A stretch of DNA of 64,000 nt from Escherichia phage BP32: sequence record OR906198.1; one strand, 5' to 3'. The stretch's first letter is position 1, and the number at the start of each line of letters is the position of its first letter. The notes under the pieces are model-generated. The model was not told the origin of the DNA, did no database searches, and saw only the letters and a program-made list of their open reading frames with translations. Made by a program: the position numbers and the translations under genes. Shown here piece by piece: positions 56,752 to 64,000 of the stretch.

Positions 56752-56781
56752 GTTTACAAGACTGTTCCTCTGTGGTATTAT
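56752..56781 (+). promoter_or_regulatory. T4-type early promoter (cassette copy 2)
   Basis: -35 GTTTAC, -10 TATTAT; cassette nearly identical to 3570-3627. Confidence 0.6.
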
Positions 56782-56808
56782 TACCCTATCAACTACGGAG
56801 GAACAGAA

Positions 56809-56922
56809 ATGAAAAAGATTGTTAAAGCTATATGGAATGTAGTTATAATACTAGTAGTTTTGAGTATATTCCCAATCGTTTTAATGATTGATGTATTAAA
56901 CGCTTACTTTGGATTTATATGA
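56809..56922 (+). CDS. hydrophobic micropeptide (37 aa)
   Basis: ATG after ACGGAGGAACAGAA leader; MKKIVKAIWNVVIILVVLSIFPIVLMIDVL. Confidence 0.45.
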   Translation: MKKIVKAIWNVVIILVVLSIFPIVLMIDVLNAYFGFI

Positions 56923-56929
56923 GGAAAAT

Positions 56930-57127
56930 ATGAAGCGTAAACGCAGTGCTTTTACATTTATTGAATGGTTTTTCGATAATATTTTTCCAGCTTTATTCAT
57001 TTTCATGCTGATTTTCGCCTTAGGTTCAGTTGTAGTTGGAATCTATTTGATGGCAGTTGTCGGAATGGATATTCACCAAAATGGTTTGAAATCTGTGGTT
57101 GAAACAATTTGGAATGGTGTAAAATGA
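56930..57127 (+). CDS. small membrane protein (65 aa)
   Basis: ATG at 56930 after GAGGAAAAT; hydrophobic core. Confidence 0.5.
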   Translation: MKRKRSAFTFIEWFFDNIFPALFIFMLIFALGSVVVGIYLMAVVGMDIHQNGLKSVVETIWNGVK

Positions 57128-57234
57128 TGAATTTGCTGAGCGGTTGGTTTTATATTCTCATGTTTTACATTGGCGCAAATTTCCCATATTGGATGGGATG
57201 GTCAACAACTGCATTTGGATTTTATACTCCTTGA
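57124..57234 (+). CDS. hydrophobic micropeptide (36 aa)
   Basis: Hand-translated MMNLLSGWFYILMFYIGANFPYWMGW...; ATGA overlap. Confidence 0.3.
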   Translation: MMNLLSGWFYILMFYIGANFPYWMGWSTTAFGFYTP

Positions 57235-57242
57235 GGTGAATT

Positions 57243-57458
57243 ATGAAAATTTTTAAAGATGTAAAAGTTGGTGAAATTTTCTGTTTAGATAATGGTGATC
57301 AGTTAATTCGTATTTCGCCTCTTAAGAGCACCAGCGAGAAAATGACAGTTAATGCTACTTTAGCAAATAACAGTAATGAACGTTTCTGTATTGAAAATGA
57401 TACTGAAACTTATACTGTAGAAGAGTTTTGGGAATTGAGCGTCGACTGCGACGATTAA
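57243..57458 (+). CDS. hypothetical protein (71 aa)
   Basis: Track ORF; RBS GAGGTGAATT. Confidence 0.6.
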   Translation: MKIFKDVKVGEIFCLDNGDQLIRISPLKSTSEKMTVNATLANNSNERFCIENDTETYTVEEFWELSVDCDD

Positions 57459-57517
57459 TTTATCGGCCGTGTGTATTCATGCGGCCTTGGAGTAGAAAAT
57501 AATTAGAGGAAATTAAA

Positions 57518-57973
57518 ATGAAATATATGACTGTTACTGATCTGAATAATGCAGGTGCTACTGTTATTGGTACAATCAAGGGCGGTGAATGGGTTTTTGG
57601 AACTCCGCATAAAGACATTTTGTCTAAACCTGGATTTTACTTTTTAGTGAGCAAATTTGGTGGTCCATTTGATAGTCCGTGTGTATCTGCACGATTTTAT
57701 GTAGGTAATCAGCGTTCTAAGCAAGGATTCAGTGCAGTTCTAAGTCATATTCGTCAGCGTCGGTCTCAGCTTGCGCGTACTATTGCAAATAACAATGTTC
57801 CATACACGGTATTTTATCTACCTGCTTCTAAGATGAAACCTCTGACGACGGGATTTGGAAAGGGTCAGTTAGCTTTAGCGTTTACTCGTAATCATCATTC
57901 TGAGTATCAAACACTTGAAGAAATGAACCGTATGTTGGCTGATAACTTTAAATTTGTTTTGCAGGCATATTAA
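57518..57973 (+). CDS. ndd: nucleoid disruption protein Ndd
   Basis: 151 aa; length and locus (upstream of stp/ac/52) match T4 ndd. Confidence 0.8.
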
Positions 57974-58053
57974 TGAGTAATTTCCATAACGAACATGTGA
58001 TGCAGTTCTATCGTAACAATCTTAAAACTAAAGGCGTCTTCGGACGCCAGTGA
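57973..58053 (+). CDS. stp: Stp peptide (26 aa)
   Basis: Hand-translated [26 protein letters not shown] matches my recall of T4 Stp; start overlaps ndd stop. Confidence 0.6.
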
Positions 58054-58060
58054 GGAAAAT

Positions 58061-58216
58061 GTGAATATTGCAAAATTATTAGGAGTTATTTCATTTATTT
58101 GTTGGATAGTAGCATGTGTTTTAACTATCTGTATAGATGCTAGCAGTGTATTTTCGCAAGCTTTAGCTCAGGGTATGTGTGCATATTTAACATTTGCGTT
58201 GTTATCTAATGATTAA
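58061..58216 (+). CDS. ac: acriflavine-resistance membrane peptide Ac (51 aa)
   Basis: GTG start after GAGGAAAAT; hydrophobic 51-aa product in the T4 ac position. Confidence 0.5.
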   Translation: MNIAKLLGVISFICWIVACVLTICIDASSVFSQALAQGMCAYLTFALLSND

Positions 58217-58349
58217 GAAAATCTTGGGCTATTCATTAGCCCTTGCTACTTTATTGGTAGCACTATATTATGGAGTAATGTTCGGATTAATTCAAGTCGT
58301 GCTTTTCATTTCTGATGTTATTATGGCACTACATTCACTAGTATGGTAA
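58209..58349 (+). CDS. small membrane peptide (46 aa)
   Basis: Hand-translated MIKKILGYSLALATLLVALYYGVMFG...; overlaps ac 3' end out of frame. Confidence 0.35.
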   Translation: MIKKILGYSLALATLLVALYYGVMFGLIQVVLFISDVIMALHSLVW

Positions 58350-58353
58350 ATTT

Positions 58354-59682
58354 ATGCAACTGAATAATCGCGATTTAAAAAGTATCATTGATAATGAAGC
58401 ATTGGCTTATGCTATGTACACGGTTGAAAATCGTGCTATTCCAAATATGATTGATGGATTTAAGCCAGTTCAACGATTTGTTATCGCTCGAGCTCTTGAT
58501 TTGGCACGGGGAAATAAAGATAAGTTTCACAAACTCGCTTCTATTGCAGGTGGTGTAGCTGACCTTGGATATCATCATGGCGAAAACTCTGCACAAGATG
58601 CGGGGGCTTTGATGGCTAACACTTGGAATAATAACTTTCCTTTGTTAGATGGTCAAGGAAACTTTGGTTCTCGTACCGTTCAAAAAGCAGCGGCAAGCCG
58701 TTATATTTTTGCTCGTGTAAGTAAAAATTTCTATAACGTATATAAAGATACTGAATATGCTCCGGTACATCAAGATAAAGAACACATTCCTCCTGCTTTC
58801 TATTTGCCTATTATTCCTACTGTTCTTCTTAATGGTGTTTCCGGTATTGCAACTGGTTATGCAACTTACATTCTTCCTCATAGTGTTTCTTCTGTCAAGA
58901 AAGCTGTACTACAAGCTCTTCAAGGAAAGAAAGTAACTAAACCGAAGGTAGAATTCCCAGAATTTCGTGGTGAAGTCGTTGAGATTGACGGGCAATATGA
59001 AATTCGTGGAACATATAAGTTTACTTCACGAACTCAAATGAATATCACTGAGATTCCGTATAAGTATGATCGTGAAACTTATGTGAGTAAAATCTTAGAC
59101 CCGCTTGAAGATAAGGGCTTCATTACATGGGATGATGCTTGCGGTGAGCATGGTTTTGGCTTCAAAGTTAAATTCCGCAAAGAATATTCTTTGAGTGATA
59201 ACGAAGAAGAACGCCATGCAAAAATTATGAAAGACTTTGGGTTGATTGAGCGTCGTTCCCAAAATATTACAGTCATCAACGAGAAAGGAAAGTTACAAGT
59301 TTACGATAACGTAGTTGATTTAATTAAAGACTTCGTTGAAGTTCGTAAAACTTATGTCCAAAAGCGAATTGATAACAAAATCAAAGAAACTGAATCAGCA
59401 TTTCGTTTAGCCTTTGCCAAGGCGCATTTCATTAAGAAAGTAATTTCAGGTGAAATTGTTGTGCAGGGTAAAACTCGCAAAGAACTGACCGAAGAACTTT
59501 CTAAAATTGAGATGTATTCTTCTTATGTCGATAAACTAGTCGGAATGAATATTTTTCATATGACTTCCGACGAAGCAAAGAAACTTGCTGAAGAAGCTAA
59601 AACTAAGAAAGAAGAAAACGAATATTGGAAAACTACTGATGTAGTTACAGAATACACTAAAGATTTAGAGGAAATCAAATGA
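58354..59682 (+). CDS. 52: DNA topoisomerase II medium subunit gp52 (GyrA-like)
   Basis: 442 aa; active-site region AASRYIFARV; length equals T4 gp52. Confidence 0.9.
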   Translation: MQLNNRDLKSIIDNEALAYAMYTVENRAIPNMIDGFKPVQRFVIARALDLARGNKDKFHKLASIAGGVADLGYHHGENSAQDAGALMANTWNNNFPLLDGQGNFGSRTVQKAAASRYIFARVSKNFYNVYKDTEYAPVHQDKEHIPPAFYLPIIPTVLLNGVSGIATGYATYILPHSVSSVKKAVLQALQGKKVTKPKVEFPEFRGEVVEIDGQYEIRGTYKFTSRTQMNITEIPYKYDRETYVSKILDPLEDKGFITWDDACGEHGFGFKVKFRKEYSLSDNEEERHAKIMKDFGLIERRSQNITVINEKGKLQVYDNVVDLIKDFVEVRKTYVQKRIDNKIKETESAFRLAFAKAHFIKKVISGEIVVQGKTRKELTEELSKIEMYSSYVDKLVGMNIFHMTSDEAKKLAEEAKTKKEENEYWKTTDVVTEYTKDLEEIK

Positions 59683-59828
59683 GTCCATTCATTGGTATTA
59701 CAAGCGCGGCGTTAGTATCTGGCGGCATTTTACTAGCGGGTTTAGGTGTTGTTCCAGCCGTAGCAGGAGGTCTTCTTGCGTTCGGCATTCAACGCGTTAT
59801 CATGACAGTTATCACAGTCATGCAGTAA
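59679..59828 (+). CDS. small membrane peptide (49 aa)
   Basis: Hand-translated MSPFIGITSAALVSGGILLAGLGVV...; ATGA overlap with gene 52; terminator follows. Confidence 0.4.
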   Translation: MSPFIGITSAALVSGGILLAGLGVVPAVAGGLLAFGIQRVIMTVITVMQ

Positions 59829-59833
59829 TTTTA

Positions 59834-59860
59834 GGGAGAGCCGAGGCTCTCCCTTTTTAT
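59834..59860 (+). terminator. rho-independent terminator after the gene 52 block
   Basis: GGGAGAGCC ... GGCTCTCCC hairpin followed by TTTTT. Confidence 0.8.
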
Positions 59861-59882
59861 TTTAAAATTTTTTCACAAAACG

Positions 59883-59912
59883 GTTTACAACCAAAGCATA
59901 CTGTGGTACTAT
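59883..59912 (+). promoter_or_regulatory. T4-type early promoter for motA
   Basis: -35 GTTTAC, -10 TACTAT; upstream A/T tract AAAATTTTTTCACAAAA. Confidence 0.65.
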
Positions 59913-59953
59913 ACAACTATCAACTACTGATACAGAATTACGGAGATTAGAAA

Positions 59954-60589
59954 ATGTCTAAAGTAACTTACATCATCAAAGCTTCTAACGATGTTCTGAA
60001 TGAAAAAACTGCTGCGATTTTAATTACCATTGCTAAGAAAGATTTCATTACAGCTGCAGAAGTTCGTGAGGTGCATCCAGATTTAGGTAATGCAGTAGTT
60101 AATAGTAATATTGGGGTATTGATTAAAAAAGGCCTAGTGGAGAAATCCGGTGATGGATTAATCATTACAGGTGAAGCTCAGGATATTATTTCAAATGCGG
60201 CAACTTTATACGCACAGGAAAACGCTCCTGAACTGCTGAAAAAACGAGCAACTCGTAAAGCTCGCGAAATTACTTCTGATATGGAAGAAGATAAAGACTT
60301 CATGTTAAAACTTTTAGATGAAAATGGATTTGTTCTTAAAAAAGTTGAAACTTATCGTAGTAACTATCTCGCTATTTTAGAAAAACGCACTCACGGAATT
60401 CGCAATTTTGAAATTAACAACAATGGAAATATGCGAATTTTTGGATACAAAATGATGGAACATCATATTCAGAAATTTACTGATATCGGAATGTCATGTA
60501 AAATCGCTAAAAACGGTAATGTGTATCTTGACATTAAACGCTCGGCAGAAAACATTGAAGCTGTAATCACCGTAGCATCTGAACTGTGA
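59954..60589 (+). CDS. motA: middle-transcription activator MotA
   Basis: 211 aa; near-identical to my recall of T4 MotA. Confidence 0.92.
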   Translation: MSKVTYIIKASNDVLNEKTAAILITIAKKDFITAAEVREVHPDLGNAVVNSNIGVLIKKGLVEKSGDGLIITGEAQDIISNAATLYAQENAPELLKKRATRKAREITSDMEEDKDFMLKLLDENGFVLKKVETYRSNYLAILEKRTHGIRNFEINNNGNMRIFGYKMMEHHIQKFTDIGMSCKIAKNGNVYLDIKRSAENIEAVITVASEL

Positions 60590-60599
60590 GGAATAAATA

Positions 60600-60929
60600 A
60601 TGAACAAGTTAGAAATTATCAATGAACTTCGTCGTTGTGCAGAACCCACTCAAGAGGGGTGGGATATCTGGTACCATGGAGCTTATCTTGGAACTATCGT
60701 AAAGATTAAGACTGGCAAATACATGATTATTCGTGAAAGTAAAGATGCTCCAGTAGGTATTCGCAATAATTTCATGGCAGCGATAAGTTCCTTTACGGAT
60801 TCAGCTTACGAAATTTACCTTGCTGATTATAAAGAATTCCAGGAATCTCAACCGGTTATTCGCTCAATTGGTGTTAATAAAGCTCAACAGAAAACTTTGT
60901 GGCAACGTATTAAAGGATGGTTTAAATGA
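60600..60929 (+). CDS. hypothetical protein (109 aa), motA.1 position
   Basis: Track ORF. Confidence 0.6.
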   Translation: MNKLEIINELRRCAEPTQEGWDIWYHGAYLGTIVKIKTGKYMIIRESKDAPVGIRNNFMAAISSFTDSAYEIYLADYKEFQESQPVIRSIGVNKAQQKTLWQRIKGWFK

Positions 60930-61387
60930 ATCCATTTATTAATCGTTTAAAAATGCTGAATGTTCCTTTATCTCGTGAAACTCCAGAAAGTCTTGTTCAA
61001 AAATTTAAAGCACATGGTTATAAATACACAGAAGAAGATATTCTTGCAGAAGTTCCGGAAATTTGTTGGCAAACCGCATACTGGGATGAAAACCAAAAGT
61101 ACCAACGACGGATTGTTTGCGCAGCCAACCGTTTTAAATTAAAAGATGGACGAACTCTTGTTATTCCAGGTGCTCGTCATTATTCTAAAGATATGGCAGC
61201 AGTTTTAGATGTAGTTAAACCCCAATTAGTTACTCAGCAAGTTTGTGATGATGACCAAGGGTTTATTGACCAATATAGTAATTATTGGACACGTGAAGAA
61301 GCAATGATTATTGCAACTTACGCTGGACAAGTACGTATTGAACGCGGCGTTAGTGAAAAAGAACTTTACTCTGAGGACCTTTACTAA
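60926..61387 (+). CDS. hypothetical protein (153 aa)
   Basis: Track ORF; ATGA overlap. Confidence 0.6.
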   Translation: MNPFINRLKMLNVPLSRETPESLVQKFKAHGYKYTEEDILAEVPEICWQTAYWDENQKYQRRIVCAANRFKLKDGRTLVIPGARHYSKDMAAVLDVVKPQLVTQQVCDDDQGFIDQYSNYWTREEAMIIATYAGQVRIERGVSEKELYSEDLY

Positions 61388-61683
61388 TGAATATTAAAAA
61401 GTTTCAAATTGATGGAATTACTAATCAAATCCAGGCGTTGGAATATGCCAATAAAATGATGTCAACTAATTGGGGAATTTATGCTAATGAACCTGCATTT
61501 CAGTTTTGTGATATGGAATTAACTAAAAAGCTCGTAGGAAAAAATTATGTATGTCCATTTAGTTCCCCAATAAATGGAATGTTAAAACCTGCTTTACGCG
61601 ATCTTTATATTGCGATGAACGAAGAGATGATAAAAGAGCTAAAACGTCAACTGAAGGTGATTCAATTTGGCCAGGGAAATTAA
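61387..61683 (+). CDS. hypothetical protein (98 aa)
   Basis: Track ORF. Confidence 0.55.
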   Translation: MNIKKFQIDGITNQIQALEYANKMMSTNWGIYANEPAFQFCDMELTKKLVGKNYVCPFSSPINGMLKPALRDLYIAMNEEMIKELKRQLKVIQFGQGN

Positions 61684-61885
61684 TTCAAAATCCGATTATT
61701 TTAACTCTCTCAATGATAAAGATAAAAATCTAATACGGCATTTTATTGTTGAGATGGGATATACTGACACACGTGATTTAAGAGAACATATATTTGAATG
61801 TGGTGTAGCTAAAAAGTTTTCATTCACATGCAAATGTTTAAGAGAGGTAATTCAGCATTATGAACAATTTAGTCGCAAAACATAA
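61667..61885 (+). CDS. hypothetical protein (72 aa)
   Basis: Track ORF; overlaps upstream gene. Confidence 0.45.
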   Translation: MAREINSKSDYFNSLNDKDKNLIRHFIVEMGYTDTRDLREHIFECGVAKKFSFTCKCLREVIQHYEQFSRKT

Positions 61886-61968
61886 TTTTAATAGAGCTTC
61901 TGTCCATAAAGATAAGAAGAAAGCGTTTAAAGAATCTAATCGCAAACAGAAACATAAGGGGAAGGTCT

Positions 61969-62247
61969 ATGATTATTGATTCTCAATCTGTGGTTCAATA
62001 CACAATCAAAATTGATATTCTAGAAAAGCTATATAAGTTTCTACCAAATCTATATCACTCAATTGTCAATGAATTAGTTGAAGAATTACATCTCGAGAAT
62101 AATGATTTCTTGGTTGGAACTTATAAAGACCTCTCAAAAGCAGGATATTTTTACGTAATTCCAGCTCCAGGAAAAAGTATTGATGATGTATTAAAAACTA
62201 TAATGATTTACGTCCATGATTACGAAATTGAAGATTATTTCGAATGA
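61969..62247 (+). CDS. arn: Arn-like protein (anti-restriction nuclease inhibitor position)
   Basis: 92 aa acidic protein between motA and asiA, same length and locus as T4 Arn; identity not verified. Confidence 0.5.
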   Translation: MIIDSQSVVQYTIKIDILEKLYKFLPNLYHSIVNELVEELHLENNDFLVGTYKDLSKAGYFYVIPAPGKSIDDVLKTIMIYVHDYEIEDYFE

Positions 62248-62396
62248 GTCATAATCTTGAAAAGGTAATCGAGCATAATGTAGCTCAGGAACGCGAGTCG
62301 TTCAAGGAATTCGTAGAAAAAATTTTTAAAGAAAATAACACAGACCAGTTTACAAATCAAGTGTCTGATGATATTATAATAAAGTCAACTAATTGA
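62244..62396 (+). CDS. hypothetical small protein (50 aa)
   Basis: Hand-translated MSHNLEKVIEHNVAQERESF...; ATGA overlap with upstream stop. Confidence 0.3.
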   Translation: MSHNLEKVIEHNVAQERESFKEFVEKIFKENNTDQFTNQVSDDIIIKSTN

Positions 62397-62408
62397 GTGG
62401 TATAGTTA

Positions 62409-62681
62409 ATGAATAAAAACATTGATACAGTTCGTGAAATTATTACTGTTGCGTCTATTTTGATTAAATTTTCCAGAGAAGATATTGTTGAGAATCGTGC
62501 TAATTTTATTGCATTTCTGAATGAGATTGGAGTAACGCATGAAGGTAGAAAGTTAAATCAGAATTCATTCCGTAAAATTGTTTCTGAATTAACCCAAGAA
62601 GATAAGAAAACCCTCATCGACGAATTCAACGAGGGTTTTGAGGGTGTATATCGATATCTAGAGATGTATACAAACAAATAA
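62409..62681 (+). CDS. asiA: anti-sigma70 factor AsiA
   Basis: 90 aa; MNKNIDTVREIITVASILIKFSREDIVENRANFIAFL matches my recall of T4 AsiA. Confidence 0.92.
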   Translation: MNKNIDTVREIITVASILIKFSREDIVENRANFIAFLNEIGVTHEGRKLNQNSFRKIVSELTQEDKKTLIDEFNEGFEGVYRYLEMYTNK

Positions 62682-63338
62682 TTATTTAGCCCTTCCTAAT
62701 ATTCTGGCCGCCTGAGAACATATTGATTCAAGGCGGTCATTACTTATATGATCATTTCTATACCAGTACATGGTTATTGTTCCAGCATAGATATTATCCA
62801 AGTTAAAATATGGACAACTGTACATGTAATTTATTTCAGGAGTAGGCTTTTTAGTTGGCAAAAAAGCAAATTTTGAGTCAGAATAATAATGACGTCCATT
62901 TAAATGAACTGTATATTCATCCATAGTTTTATCAACAGGATATCCTCCAAGTGATTTTTCGCTTATTGTTGAAGGTAATTTTCCTTCATATGCTATAATA
63001 TCAACAAAATAGTTTAAGTTTTTAGGGCGGAAAGAATACACCGCACTAAAGTCTGCCTCAGATGATATGTGAACTATCTGGAGTTGTTCCAGGGCGACAG
63101 ATTCAAAGCGTGCATTTCTTTCCTTTTCAATAATTTCACTGTATGTTTCATACTTTGATTGCTTATAGTACTCAAAGAAACTATCTCCCCTATACCAAAC
63201 AATCGCCATCATAAATAAAAGAATTACGACAGCTACTCGGGAAGCAAGAACCTTCCCGGTAGCGTTATCTTTGAACAAGCGATCTAGAACACCCAACAGA
63301 ATATCAGAGGGCGAAAATGATATTCTAGGTGCTGCCAT
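62682..63338 (-). CDS. t: holin T
   Basis: 218 aa on minus strand; matches my recall of T4 holin; strong SD AAGGAGGG. Confidence 0.92.
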   Translation of the reverse strand: MAAPRISFSPSDILLGVLDRLFKDNATGKVLASRVAVVILLFMMAIVWYRGDSFFEYYKQSKYETYSEIIEKERNARFESVALEQLQIVHISSEADFSAVYSFRPKNLNYFVDIIAYEGKLPSTISEKSLGGYPVDKTMDEYTVHLNGRHYYSDSKFAFLPTKKPTPEINYMYSCPYFNLDNIYAGTITMYWYRNDHISNDRLESICSQAARILGRAK

Positions 63339-63368
63339 AGACCCTCCTTTTAAGGATATTTATTCAAA

Positions 63369-64000
63369 TTATACTCTTGGACCATATATTGCTCCAACGT
63401 TTTGCCATGTCGGTGTAGACCCTATGACGGCATAACCAGCAGCACCGCCATCGTATTCATATCCTTGACCACGAATATTACATCTACCTCCTGCGGAGCC
63501 AACTTCACCACCAGACCCGCCGCTATAGATACCGTTCACAGACCCTGCGCCAGGCGCAGAAATAGTACCAGCAGTTGCTCCTGATTGCATATCAATAGAT
63601 CCGCCCGGCGCGCCAAACGGACGACCGCCACCACCGCCAAAGGTCAATCTCATTTGTGAAAAAGGAGAATAATATCCGCCGCCGCCGCCGCCACCGCCGC
63701 CAGCAATAGCTCCGCCATTATTAATTCTTAGTCTCCCACCAATATCATTTTGAATACAATGACCCCCAGCTGAGCCAGGACTATTGCTACCGCCATTACC
63801 GCCACGGCCATACATCGTTACACCATGTATATTCAGTTGAACATATTCATTCGGTGTATCTCCGTACATGAAGAATAAAGGAACATCTTTAGAATATGAT
63901 ACTAAATCTCCAGTGATATTAAACACTATAGGTGCACTACCTGCCTCAAAACATCTATCTCGGAACCATTGGCCATTGAAGTTATGGTCTGCTCCAAGCG
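63369..64000 (-). CDS. 38: long tail fibre tip adhesin gp38, T2/T6 type (partial; N-terminus beyond window end)
   Basis: Minus-strand frame open to the window edge; poly-glycine motifs ([16 protein letters not shown]) separated by variable segments. Confidence 0.75.
   Translation of the reverse strand, partial: LGADHNFNGQWFRDRCFEAGSAPIVFNITGDLVSYSKDVPLFFMYGDTPNEYVQLNIHGVTMYGRGGNGGSNSPGSAGGHCIQNDIGGRLRINNGGAIAGGGGGGGGGYYSPFSQMRLTFGGGGGRPFGAPGGSIDMQSGATAGTISAPGAGSVNGIYSGGSGGEVGSAGGRCNIRGQGYEYDGGAAGYAVIGSTPTWQNVGAIYGPRV

Noticed and set aside
63402-63584. Plus-strand ORF of 60 aa near the window end
   Set aside because: Antisense to the gp38 coding region; composition driven by the G/C-rich glycine codons on the opposite strand.
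63600-63720. GGC/GCC-rich simple-sequence stretch resembling a tandem repeat
   Set aside because: It is in frame within the minus-strand gp38 ORF and encodes the poly-glycine motifs of the adhesin; not a non-coding repeat or CRISPR array.

Overview
This window is a contiguous early-region segment of a T-even (T4-like) Escherichia phage genome, oriented so that the early/middle genes read on the + strand. Recognisable genes run from the nrdC-proximal block through nrdC, 49, nrdD, nrdG, nrdH, 55, alpha-gt, 47, 46, rpbA, 45, 44, 62, regA, 43, imm, 42, uvsX, 40, 41, 61, dam, 56, soc, modB, modA, srd, dda, dexA, 39, rIIA, rIIB, denB, ndd, stp, ac, 52, motA, arn and asiA, ending with the convergent late genes t and 38 (partial) on the - strand. 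Gene identities come from my recall of T4 protein sequences, lengths and gene order; no database search was possible. Several features point to a T2/T6-type rather than T4 genome: a single 605-aa topoisomerase gene 39 with no separate gene 60, a glycine-rich gp38 adhesin, a non-T4 glucosyltransferase in the beta-gt slot, and no introns or homing endonucleases at the T4 sites. The window is densely packed with T4-type early promoters (GTTTAC ... TAnnAT), UUCG-loop terminators, one late promoter (soc) and two candidate MotA-dependent middle promoters. The most interesting candidates are: (1) a two-gene insertion between primase 61 and dam carrying a PD-(D/E)xK nuclease-like ORF; (2) an operon ending in a nucleotidyltransferase-fold protein, followed by a separate P-loop ATPase; (3) four tandem diverged paralogues with C-terminal coiled coils; (4) a GIY-YIG seg-like endonuclease gene between alpha-gt and 47; (5) duplicated promoter-leader cassettes, some with inverted repeats positioned to sequester the ribosome-binding site. 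Coordinates for features absent from the ORF track were counted by hand from track anchors and may be off by 1-2 nt.
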